Below the pieces are notes generated by a model. The model searched no databases. It was given only the letters and a program-made list of their open reading frames with translations, and was not told the DNA's origin. Positions 11,457 to 24,057 of a stretch of 64,000 nt of DNA are shown piece by piece; positions within the stretch are counted from its first letter, which is position 1, and each line of letters begins with the position of its first letter. The DNA lies in NCBI GenBank assembly GCA_000934665.2, contig KZ538266.1:1-64000 (forward strand). The letters run 5' to 3'. Origin of the DNA: Catajapyx aquilonaris. Lineage: Eukaryota. A program made the translations under genes and the position numbers.

Positions 11457-13454
11457 TTAGACGGTCCTGAGGAGGAAGAAGGAGGTTGAGAGCAGCATCA
11501 GACTTGCGACGATGTTGACACCTGACAGTCCAGCGTCTGCCAAAATTTGGTCGCAATTGTCGGTCTGTTGACAAAGGGGGGGAAAAAAGATTTAGTCACG
11601 TACACTTGTGCACTAAACCGCGACGCTAATTATTATTACACAAACCTGGAATTGCCTCTTTGCGTTCTCGAGACTTTGGGTCTGCGTTCTGAGGGCTGCC
11701 CCTGAAGCTCTTTCCACTGCCATTTCGAAGCACTTGATGTTCATCTTACGTGACCTGAAAATAATGTCACCAATTACACCACCTGTATAGCCAGAAGGCC
11801 GTCTGTCATGTGCCATCTTCTGCTTGTCACGTAACCTCGAGATTAACAGAATATTTTCTTTGCATGAAATCAATGGAAAATTATATTTATGTCACAACCA
11901 ATGGTAATCAGAAATTAATAAAAACATGGCGCCAGAATTCATTAAAGATTAGTGTAACTCACTGGCATCGCAGAATCGGGCGCTGCTCTGGTGTAGCCTG
12001 GTTGGCCTGGGTGTTGAGTGACCTGGCTTCGTTGCAGGGGTCAATTAAGGTGTCATCCGCATTTGCAAGCAGGACTCCTGCCAATATAATAATAAAAAAG
12101 AGTGAGGGCATTGTAATGTGTTGTTCGCAATAACTCGGCTCGTTTCCGGTGCATTCTGATGCTATTCGGGCCTGGACAATGGTCAGGACATGCATCAAAA
12201 CGTCGCTGAATGATTAATGGTTGGTTTAGGAAGCACATTTGCATCAAAATGTAGGACACTTTTGTCGTGCAAATGCTTCGTTTTTCACTTTCAATTTGCA
12301 ACGATTTAGAGAATTTTTTTTGCTCGCAGTTTTTGAGTCGTGACCTACTTGGTGACATGACGTCACACGTTCAAACAGGTCTAGGCGGACTCTCAGGGAA
12401 GGAAAAAAATATATTTAATTAGCAGGTTTTACAGCAATGACTTCGTGAGATTTATGTGCGAATAGTAAAGCAGTTACGTGACCAGATTCGTATGTCTGAG
12501 ATAATTTGTCTAATTTCTTAAAAGCTGGACTGACCTGCTACTTCTATGTATACGTCACAGATGCAAATTTGAAGTGTGATCTACATCACACAAAAACTCT
12601 TTTGCCATTTTTGAAAAAAACGAGTCATCGACATGTTACAACATACAGGATGCTCACTCATTCGCATAAAAGGCGTTGTATGATCTCACCACTTTGCATC
12701 ACACCTTGTGTTTATTTTTTTTGCAAGAAGCGCTTCAAGGGCGCCACGGGCACACCCAATTATCATCGATTTTGGCACATCTTCTCAAGGTGTACCTTCC
12801 CACTTCTCAGAATTAATGTCTACAGTGCATTTTAATACGATTACTTGTCAATGTCATCGTTCAATCCAGCAACGAGTTGCTTTGGTAAACTCTGCATTTG
12901 CTTTTCTACCTACTGTCTTCTTGAACTGCAGCGCACATCCTGTGTCTGAATATCCCGAGGAAACAGCTAGAACTTTGGACACCCGCCTATTCGCAACACT
13001 TTGGAGCTCCATCCAGCACACTGGATTCGCCAAAAAAAAGCTTATCCACTAGCAAGCATGTTCTGGTTTTAAACACTAAAATGCGGTCGTATAAACAGCT
13101 ATAATGCCAATTTTAACATGTTGCAAAAAAATGGCGTCACCGTTCTTGCCATTGTTATGGCAAATGGTGACGCCATTCTATATACACTACTTGCAATAGC
13201 ATATACGGGTTGGCCCAACCCCGAAATCACCTGAACAGCCGAATTTCGCAACCTATCCAAACGTGGAGTCTCATCAAAGATTTATGCCTAACCTTCCAGA
13301 AATTGCCAAACCAAACCTTTAAAAAAAGATTCCCTGTTTTCCTATCCGAAAACACGTCAGGTCCAGTGATGGACAACCCCTTTGATTAATGTATATCGAT
13401 GCAATCGACCGAAGTATTACCTGCCAGCAGGACGAGAAGTAGAGACGTCTTCAT
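11457..13454 (-). CDS. Paralog 3: secreted, putatively GPI-anchored 4-Cys protein, 121 aa
   Basis: Exons 13454-13421, 12077-11963, 11754-11646, 11564-11457. Protein: MKTSLLLVLLAGVLLANADDTLIDPCNEARSLNTQANQATPEQRPILRCQSRKMNIKCFEMAVERASGAALRTQTQSLENAKRQFQTDNCDQILADAGLSGVNIVASLMLLSTSFFLLRTV*. Confidence 0.88.
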
Positions 13455-15390
13455 GGCCGCAACCTCAATCTTCAAATGCAGCAGGAGGAATCAAAAAAAG
13501 GAGGCTGGTGACTCGATCCTTTCTCGCTCACTTCCTTCTCTGATACTACTTCAACCGCTCGAGGGTTACTTGCCTGCTTGGCCAGCTCTCAACCACAAAG
13601 CCAGGCACAGGTTGGAGGCATGAGCAAACCCTCCCCTTCCCCCCCTGTTAAATCGGCGGTGACTTCATCAACGGGATGGGTTTTACTATCATGTAGGCCA
13701 ATTCGACCTTCTCAAAGAGCCCACCTTCCAACACACACGCACAGATACGCACACCTACACAGTCATTGTGACGTGATATGACCCACACTTTCTCTTTCAG
13801 AGTGGTACAGCCTAAAGGAAATTTTTTGGGTCGGACCAGGTCAGAAGCTCCAATGCAAATCTAAGAGATCATTGGCCCCCATTTGCACGTCACGGGAATA
13901 AATTGGACCAAGTCCTGAACCTGCCCACTATTCTTGGCACCTAACGTCAACCTGAAAGAATTCCGTTGGTACTGTCGAACTATACTTGTCAATAATGCTC
14001 CTATATGGACATCCTTTATTGGTGCTGCAAAACGGGGGCCACTTACTGAATCAACTAGAATCAATCATACTCAGAAGCACTGCTTGATTTTTTTAAAATG
14101 ATTCTGTGCGAAACCTGCAAAAACAACCCACTTTGGCCTGCCCCCAAAAAATTGGCTGGGTGTCAAAGTCAGGTTCAAAAATATAGCATTGAGGTCAGGG
14201 GTGTGTCGTCAGGGGTGTGACCCACGAATGCAGATGGTCCGTCCACCATACTAATTGGGGCAATCAGATGAGCCCGGGAACGGTTTACAGCGGGAGAGAA
14301 CTTCAGTGTTTTATTGGAGGCAATGCGGGTATACAAGTGTTTGTTTCAGCTGAGGATTTTTCTCTGCCCCCTTTAAGTGCACTTGATTGATGAGACCATG
14401 AGGGTTGCAAAGCACGCCAATGGAATCTGGCACCACTGGCCTGACTCCTGATTAACACTACTCTGCTGGTGGCCTACAGGGTGAACCAAACCATGGGGAG
14501 GAAAAAAATATCGAGGCCTGATTCCGGAAATGCTTTCTAATATTCGTACATTTCGCATGGGACAGGACACTCCCAATGGACTCCATACCGGAAAGGAAAA
14601 GCTGCTAATTTTCCAGAATAATTCAGCTCTGCTTGATAATATGGCATTGCTTAGCATGGCTGAATAATTTCGTATTACTGGAGCCGAGGCAACTTGTACG
14701 TTATCATGCGGAAAATATTGGGCAGCGGAAGAACCCTGAGAAAATCCACGCGGATACAGAGGGAACATTTTTTTTTAGAAAATTCTCCCTGTATTCGACC
14801 AAATTTTGGCTTATTTAGCATGTAATGGAAGGTTATACTGGGATTATTATTCAAGTTGGTAGCATTCAGGGCAAGACTGTTGGCGTCTTTTTTTCCGGCA
14901 TGCAGACACAAGGCGTGAAATGAGGTATTTTATGGTCACAGCTACCCAAATTAGGAGAGTGGTTCCGTTAGGAGGGGCAATTTTGTACCCAAAAGTGAAG
15001 CCATCACGTGCTATACGGTGCAGGACAAAAAAAAAGTTGAGGTTTCCTCCTCGATGAACCTACAGTTTAAAAATGTGATCACGATTCACCCTGTATTACA
15101 CTTGGAACCTCTTCAGCAAACGCATGAGAAGTTAATGACTCCGGAAATCCTAAACAATGTTTACAATATTTTAATGGTCAATCAAATGCGTAATGCAGAG
15201 TGGGTTCCCCGGTTCAGCAGCACACGTTAAAATCCTGAGCTGTGTGGTATAGAAAACATGCGAACACAGGCGCTTATTTGCAATTAAAATAATTCCACAC
15301 GTACACGCTGGTTATACAATATTGTGGTTGTGCATGTAGTGTTATTGTTGGGGGGTGCTGAAGGTGGGTGGTTCATTGTTGTCCGAGTGC

Positions 15391-18300
15391 TCAACCCCGC
15401 CTGCTGAAGAGCAGCATGACAGGCAGAAGCATGAGGATGCTGACCAGGCTGTTGGTGGCTGCCCCGCTGCATCCAGCCTCCTGGAAATAAATAATTTAGT
15501 AGCACAGAAGTGTTAACCAAATTGGCGAGATTTTGTCCTTGGTCGGCATGCAGAATGCGGAATGTTGCCAATTGCCCTTTTCAGTCAAAGCAATTATTCG
15601 CAGCGACGCCCATAAGAAATATTATGGTGTTTAAGCATTCCTATCATCACTCAAGCCTTAAGCTGCGGGCAAGGACAGCCTTCAGGCTTTGCACGTTTCC
15701 GCCAAAATTGCGAAAAATCTGCGCGTAGAATGCTTGTGCATATGGACTCACCCGGAATGCCCTTCTGGCGGTGTCAACAATGCCCTGTCCGATTTGGTTG
15801 TTGCTAGACTGCTGCTGCTGGTTGCATTGTATCTGGAGACCCAGCATTCTGTGGAATGGGTTGCATTGTTAGCACATTGCATCAGATAATATTATAAAAC
15901 CTGAAATAGACTACGTGCGAATTTTCGTCCCACTGCTAGTTACTGCTAACTATACCAGTGTTGTCACTGGTACTGCTAAGTTAGCAGTATAACTATAGCA
16001 GTGGGACGAAAATTCCGCACCCAATGAAAATAGCAAGGAAAGGCCGCTGACATCAGTGTCCAGTGATATCATTTTCTGGGCCCACACACTTCTTGTTAAG
16101 AGTATGTCTTCTACTAAGGGGGGTTGTACCAACTCAAATTAAAGAGAAAATCTCACATTATGTCAATCTGATATTGTATTGTGCATAATCGGAGATTTCC
16201 TCTAATTTGATGCTTTTATGCCATTTTTTGCCATTTTTCATTGTTGTTCGTTTCTTTTGAGGCAGGCGTTAACATTACAATCTGGAAAAATTGTGTTTGA
16301 TTTCTGTGTTGTTGGGGGTTCTGACCTGCACTTGAGAGTGTAGTCGCCTGGATTGGCGTTGCTCTCCTGAGTCGCCGATCCCAACTGGTTGCAGTAGTCT
16401 TGGCCCAGGGCCACACCTTTCAATGAGAGAAACACACTGTACTCTGTAAATCAACGGTTAATTGAGGCACTCTAAGAGGGGGGGGAAGGCTCGCTGTTAA
16501 TCTTAATGTCAACACATTCGAGTCTGCCTGCATGATGCCCCAGCCTTGTTTAACACCACGGATGATGCTGGTGTCACGCTGTGTCCACTTGGATAGGTTG
16601 CAATGCTTTTTTTTTTTCATTGCTGGCTCGGACTTTTTTTTTCGCAGGCTCTGTACCGTGAAGTGTGCACAACATGGCAATTTGCATGCCTGCTGCCATT
16701 AAAGCTGCCTCCAGGCAACATGCTCCAAAACACATTGTCATCGTGTCAGTCACTCTTGAAGCAATGTCCATGAGCTTGTGTTCGATCAATTATTTCACAT
16801 GTCGGTGTTGCGAGAACTAAGCCGGAGACACCAGCCCCCCCAACATTGATATTATTATTAAACTACCTTTTACAGAAGATTACTGCGGATTGTCTCAGGC
16901 TGATCTGAAGGTGATTGGTTTATAAATACTGGCAATAAATCTCACGGAAGTAGACTGTAGAATGAGACAGATATGATCAAAAAATGATGGAAAACCCTGA
17001 CCTAGCGCAACGCACGAAGTAACGTGTCCCAATCTTCTTCCACTTATCAATATTGAAGAGCGCAAAAAATGAGCAGTCAAATTATAGGTATTGATCGTCA
17101 ATCAATTATACAGGATGATGCTCCTAGACTATGCCGTAAAAATGAGCAGGCTGCCTTCCCCGACATTACTGTTTATGAAAAGGCTGGGATTTACAGTTGA
17201 CATTTTTTTCCCTGTGCGCCACTAAAAGCATTGTGAAATTGTAAAAAATATAAGTTATGTTAAATAAATTTTTGCTGACATGTCAGATTGTATAATGAAA
17301 GATATGCAGTGAGCTAAATTAGGCTACATGCTCAGGACGCACGTTAAAATACCCCGAGTGTATAAAATCATCATAGATTGGTTTCATAAAATATTTTACG
17401 ATGCAAATCATACAGTTATTGCTTGAGGTCATGCCCTCTTAGCTACAAAAAAAGGGATCAAGAAATTTTCACATTATCATAATGGTTAATGTTAATACTG
17501 TACGAGTATGTCGAGTGGGTAGCGACTCTCAATTTAGTAACCATTGTGATGTGAAGAAGTAACAGCCTGACTGTAACTCTGAGTAATGAGCATAACCCAT
17601 GAAAGCCTTGACTTCAATCGCACTTAGGCAAATGTCAATAATCTATGAAAATGGCAGGTTTTCACTTTTTCATCAGATTTTATTAGCAATCATATTGGCT
17701 AAAATGGACTTCGCACGACATCTGACAAAAGCGATCGTTGGAGGGCTTCCTTTTTTTTGAACTTGCGTGCCCGGAGCCGTATTGCGCCTCAATTCGCCAT
17801 TTTCGTCTGTCCGAGGGCAAACATGTTCGCGGAATCCAATTTACATCACAGTTCGGTGGATGCGGAAGAGTAGCGTGCCCATGCTCCACAAACGGTCACT
17901 GGACACCCCCCACCCACCCAACCCCACCTAACTCACTTGTAAAAAAAGATATTTGCACAAAAAAGGCGAATTCCAAGGACGGCCCATTCTCTGTGTTCCG
18001 AGCCACCGAATTAGGCTTGGTAGACGCCCCACTCGGTACATGTCATTATGCACAGGGAACAACGCCTCTTTGCTCACCTCCCCCTACAACACCATCATGT
18101 GTGCAGAAATTTGCATGTGGATAGGGAATGGTCTTTTAGACCCCCCCCCCTTTCACGACGCATGAGTCTGAATTTTTTGCAGATTTAATGAGGCGCGATT
18201 TTGTCAGGTCACTTTCTCCGATGAAAGCACGCAAAACTGCAATCTGGGAAATGAAAATTACTGGCATTTTGAGAAAGGTGCTCTTGTCAAAGTATCATCG

Positions 18301-19736
18301 ACAGTAATCTGAATAATAATTTGTACACTTGTTGCTCCAACTTATAGTTATCAGATGAGACAATAATGCTATCCGCTTTGGGAGGTCACAATATCCTCTC
18401 ATTTTTTAAAGCCTTCAAAATGTCGCTATACGTGCGCAGAAAAATGCAGTAAATATTTGTTGCGCAAAATATGAATTAATTAATATTGGCATCTTTCCGT
18501 TTCGCGATGCTTGCAACTAACTATCTTAATGCTGATAAGAAAGTGCTCAATTTATTGGACTCGCATTTCTTACATGAAGTTTGCTGATTTACGTTTAGCA
18601 CCACCGTTCAGTATTTTACGATTTTCCCACCACGCCGATGTGAAGAGTGCCCATTTTAAAAGACTTATTTCTGGAACGAACCGCAAAATTATCGGCAATA
18701 ACTGTGCTAAACTACTGTGAGCTGGCAGTGCGGTTTGTGAACACAACAAGCAGTAAACCTATGCCATTATTTTTTCACTGATTGTTACTCATATTTTTAC
18801 GTCCTATTATGGCCTGAGTATTTTTGGTCAATACATTTTGTACACGAAAGCAATATTATGTTCGGGATTAATTCAATATAGGGTAAGTTGTTAGTAACAT
18901 TGATGAATTTCGAATATTTACCACGCCATTAGCTTGGTTTGTTTCTGATGGATGCACTGTGTAAGGGACATTTTCTCAACTGCCCCTTAATTTTATAAAT
19001 TAAATACGAATTTACTCGTACAGTGATCGAAACCCCTCTGAAATGTTACAGCCACTGACATTGATTAAAACATTTTTCTGCTCGCTCATTTTGGGTCTGC
19101 GAAAACTGCTCTTTAAGGCGTATACTAGCGTAAACTTATATAACTACAGTACAAAAGTGACACAAATCGCGTGACCACAAATATTTCATGCGAAAACCTA
19201 AAACTAACTAATCTTCAAATTTTACTTATTTGCGCCATTTCCAATGCAATCTTACATTTTCTACTTTTTCCATAATGTTTTAAAACTAACACTAATTGAT
19301 TTATTCACACGATTCAGTGAGAAGAGCTGCAATGCACAGGCCACCAGTCCAAAATGGCTTAGTGAAAAATGTTACAAAAATTTTAACCCAACATATTAAC
19401 CAAAGAGAAAAATGTCACTGCAAACAACATTACAAGCCACTATCACCTGTCATAATATTTTACTTCAATTTACATTGCGATCTAAAGTGAACAATCCATA
19501 ACTTCTCCTGTGCTCATGTATCACTCTGTATAATGACCATTGATTTAAACAGATAATGCACTCTTTGAACTTCAGACCCTCACATTACCCCACCATAATA
19601 TTCCAATGCAACTTTGTTCATAAGTTTTTCAATTGCTTTTAAAAATACTCCTCCTATGCCCTCCCCACCAAAATATGCTAAAGGACTATAACAAACCTGC
19701 GATGACAAGCAGCAAGAAGCACACAGCCTTCATCAT
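15391..19736 (-). CDS. Paralog 4: secreted, putatively GPI-anchored 4-Cys protein, 105 aa (shortest, Q/N-rich)
   Basis: Exons 19736-19697, 16416-16326, 15848-15752, 15480-15391. Protein: MMKAVCFLLLVIAGVALGQDYCNQLGSATQESNANPGDYTLKCRMLGLQIQCNQQQQSSNNQIGQGIVDTARRAFREAGCSGAATNSLVSILMLLPVMLLFSRRG*. Exon 1 is assigned across a 3.3-kb intron from its phase and signal-peptide fit. Confidence 0.85.
15915..16020. mobile_element. MITE-like inverted repeat in intron 2 of paralog 4
   Basis: GTGCGAATTTTCGTCCCACTGCTA ... TAGCAGTGGGACGAAAATTCCGCAC form arms of about 24 bp with one indel, plus nested inner inverted repeats. Confidence 0.55.
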
Positions 19737-21575
19737 GGAGTGACTGTTGGAAAAAAAAATCGAAAATATTTCCAATGCTGAAATTGTCCACCCCACACTC
19801 CACTTGCCAAAACAATCCAAAAAATTCTCAGAACAAATCAGGAAGTGGAACAGATCAAAAAAAAAACTTACCGATCCTCAATCGAAACGGAAATATAGAA
19901 AAAAAAGGATGGACTTTTCAGAGGATGTTCGTGTTCCGAATGTCAAGCAAGAAGTGAATCTGAGAGAATAATGACGACCAGGGTTTTGTCCTCCCGCCCT
20001 GCCCTAGTCACGTGAACTCTTTTGTTTAGCGTCGGTCTGGCCTGTCATCCAATGGGAAGGCTTTACTTTTACCACTACTCGAATCCTCCAGTCGTACGAG
20101 GGGGGTGTCTGGAATAATCAGGCCGTTTAGTCATCGCCCATAGCAAGCCACGTGCAACACTTTGGTAACCGAGTACACAAAAAGAAAGGGGGGCTATATT
20201 AGATCAATTGGTTGTTATGTCCCCCCCCCCCCAAGAGGGTTGTTGGTCACTATACAGATGGACGGACACGCATGCTGACCAAACGAGGCGTCTTCGTAGA
20301 AAAGGCTGATGGGGAAAAAAGGGACACCTTGGCACGCACACATTTTTTTTGGTCGTGTAAGAGGACGAGGACCTCTTTATTTAATTGCCGATTTCGAGTT
20401 GATACATCAGCACGTGACAACACACAAAAAGAAAGCGGCTCTCGAGCTCTTGTTGGGGATTCAAGTAGAAATTTGTATGGGGGGAGCGTATCTGATTGGG
20501 AGTTACAAAACATGGCACTTTTTTGACTGGGACGGGTGGCAGTGCGCTGATGGGGGATGGATACAAAATGGCGGATGCGTAGTGGCTAGACCATACCCTT
20601 ATGCAAAGCAGATGGAAATGACCGGTCGAACTGTGTGTATGGAGGGAAAATGCGAAAATGCTTTGATGGGGCCAAACAATGGCTTCAGTGGGAAGGGTGG
20701 GGGGGCTGGGTGTGGGGGAAGGATGGGTTATGGGAATGTTGGATAACCCGTATTTTGTACGACTACCTCCCAAAATAGCAGGTATATATGTAGCGCCGAA
20801 TTATTTATAACATAGCTTGTACTGTAGGCCTACTGTTGACGGGATATCCAAAGGTACTGGTATCATACATTCAGAAATTTCGGGGGTTGTCCCTCGAATA
20901 TTTCCACTATTCCAACAAAAAATGAAATAATTCAGGAATATTATACTAGAATAATTTTAAAACGTCATTAGAAAAAGAAAATCCGATTGGTAAATGATCT
21001 AATGTGGTGCGATAGTCAGTAATAATTGTGCCAAATTTCATGCAAAATCCAGAGGACAGCCGATAAAAATTCAAAAACATACAGCGTGGTACACTGCTTA
21101 AGTACAAGAACCATAAGCAGTATTCTAGCAATGTCAACATTATTACTTTTAAAATATTTTGCCACAATTAGGATTTCTCCACTTGATTCATTTCTGTTTC
21201 CTTTTGTAATGTTGTTGCTGAATAGTAAGCAATCTATTATTCCCCCCCCCCCCTGGTTCACCACACTGTGTACATACCCGTTCATTTTTTTACACAATTA
21301 TTTGTCTTTTTAAAAAATCATGCTCGTATAGCACAGTTCTCTCTTCACAAGAACACAGCCTCCCTCTTTGGGCCTTGATTAAAAACTACTCATTGCTAAT
21401 TGTACTCCTGGTCTCAAGAAGGCGGCAGCTCCTTGATGAAGCATGTATGCCATCACCTCTTTATTTTTAGTGCGGCACCCTTCCTCTTCTCCCCCAACCC
21501 CTTCACCCTCCAACCCTTCCCAGCAGCCAAGGGTATGATGCAGCTCAACAACAGGCGTTTTGGCGAGGGAGTAAT

Positions 21576-24057
21576 TTAGAATGGCACGAGCAGCATTGTT
21601 GCGGGAAGAAGGGCCATCAGGTTCATAAATAAGCTGAGGGCTGACCCAGAGCTAGGCTGGGGTTTAGGGACATGTTTCTCCTCTGGAGGGTGGACAGGAG
21701 GAGCGGTCACTGGGGCAGCTGGGGCATCAGCTGGTACAGGGGTGGCGTGCTCGCAGTCCACCTGGAAGAAGAAGAAGAAGAAAAGTGGAAAATGGTCAGA
21801 GATTGCGTTAACCTCTGGGCTCGGATTTGAGATGGCAAATTGGATTCCATATGAAAAATTACAAAATAATGAGAGACATTTCAGGTCGAGACAATCATAA
21901 TATTATACCTGTCCTAATTTGATCAGAAATAATTTTACAAAATGTTGTATTTTTGCATATCTCTCTTGGCAAATTCTCAAGGAAATACTGACCTGCACAG
22001 TACTCAAAGCAATGTGTCGAAAATATTGTACCAGCCCGCATCCTATATAGCTGGTGGTGTATTTTAAAACCTGGTATACGTAATACCACTAGGAAATGAG
22101 TAATGCAGTGTGATTGGCTCGTTTACTTGAAGGCCGATCTGTTCTGTGCCAGTTTCCTTGGCTTGTGTCGCATGTAATTTCTCGGAGTGGGCAGGCCCTG
22201 CTCATTGCGTAACACGTACCATCTTTTAGATGGATTAGGGCGTGTACGTGACAACAAGCTTTTTTGTATGCAGGGTGTCGCTATATGTGGCCTACGTGCA
22301 AATATGAGCGCAACGCAGTACTTGTAACAAGCGGAGCTCACGCCATATTCCGTTTTTTGGCGCTGTTTACAATTGATTCTGTGACATACCATTAGGAGAG
22401 CGTCAGACCCCAAAAGACTATAAACATGTCACCAGTCGCATGTTGGAATATTTGGATGATTGTTTAGGAGCAGATTCGCACCTGGTACTCTCTCCTGGAG
22501 TTGTCCAACTGACGCTGTATCTCGACCCTCCTCTCTGGTGGAGTCCCGTCCAGTATGGCCTGGTTGCAATGCACCTTTGCCAGCTTGGACCTGAAGAGAC
22601 GCAGGAAATATAAGGCAACTTACCGCAACACCTCAGCATTGTTCCGGGGACAATGTCACTCACCGACAATCCGTCTCTAATTTCTCGGGGTGGTTGGCTG
22701 GAAGGCGCCTATACTCACGGTACAGCTGCGTGGCTGTCTCGCATATCTCTCGTGTGTTTGACCTGCCTTCGTGTGCCACTGAAATAATAACGACATCATA
22801 AGCGTCTTTCAAGTACTTTTGGATCCTTGAATTATTGTCGTGCCCCAGATATACAGTATATTAAAAATATTTCATCGAGACCAAGCTGAAATTCGCCAAC
22901 GGTCCGTTATAGTCTGGTGCCACTGTATTACGTCACATGAAATAGTGATACATTATTGCAAAGTGTTACGCGGTAGCAAATTTAAAATTGCGTAATCTCT
23001 CAATGCTCATTAGTACCCGACTCTGCACTTGCATCCGGAAAATTGAGATTAATGTGATTTCATTACAACCATGGTAAGCACTGCAAAATAATGGTATAAT
23101 AATGTATTTCATTTCTTGAATCCTGGAGAATCCTAAAGGATTCCATGATTTGAAGTTTTCTGGATAAGTCCCAAAAATTTATTTTTAGCTGAGAACATTT
23201 CTTGGCGGCATGTTAAACCTAAAATTGCAGAAAAATCAAGGGTCACATTTGGGCATAAACTGAGTCAGTCATTGTGTAATGCAGTCCTTGACACATACTT
23301 ACACTGGTGATAAAGTCAATTGTGCGCTATTGTATTTCTGAGAAATGTTTCACGAATTATCTTAAAATGCACAACAATCAGCCACATTTGAATAATTTCG
23401 AGACATGCACGTTTTAAGTTTGAAGATTTCATTTCTTTTTTCAAGCAGGGACTGCCAGATATTCATCGTAAAACTGACTCCACCACGAGAAATTATGAGT
23501 CAAGGACTGCATTGCACAACTCAATTTCTACTCAAATGCCATTCTTTTTTTTCATACATTCAATTGGATCCCCTAATGTAACGTTCACTCTTCAAGTAAA
23601 TATCTCATAGATATTAAATAGTTGTAATTATGACTGAGCTATTACATGAGTGCGTGGAGATTGACACATTATTGCAAAATAAATGTAGTGGGGCTTTATT
23701 TGCGCCATTATAAAAACAGATTAGATTGCCATAAAGTTGCATATTAAGCTATGATATTTCTGTTTTACTTTGAACAAATATTTTGGTCATTCTCCATGTT
23801 AAATCTTCATCAAATTTATTCCCAGCACCGCTTATGATTGTTGATCCCGCCATTTTTTGTCCCATCCAGAAATATGAGCACCCAGACCCACTTCCTTTCC
23901 GCGACACATTCTTGACTGCCACAATCTGTCACGCGGAGTCCACTCACACGACATAGAACTACCCGCGCACAGTGCAGAATACTTGTTGCTCGAGAGGCGA
24001 CGTCAATGGTGACATACCTGCCAAAAGCACCAGAGCGACTCCGAAGATGACCCTCAT
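21576..24057 (-). CDS. Paralog 5: secreted, putatively GPI-anchored 4-Cys protein with Pro-rich stalk, 149 aa
   Basis: Exons 24057-24018, 22778-22664, 22590-22482, 21761-21576. Protein: MRVIFGVALVLLAVAHEGRSNTREICETATQLYREYRRLPANHPEKLETDCRSKLAKVHCNQAILDGTPPERRVEIQRQLDNSRREYQVDCEHATPVPADAPAAPVTAPPVHPPEEKHVPKPQPSSGSALSLFMNLMALLPATMLLVPF*. Confidence 0.9.
23272..23519. mobile_element. MITE-like element (26-bp imperfect terminal inverted repeats) in intron 1 of paralog 5
   Basis: The left arm TTGTGTAATGCAGTCCTTGACACATA matches the reverse complement of TATGAGTCAAGGACTGCATTGCACAA with 2 mismatches. The interior is AT-rich. Confidence 0.5.
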
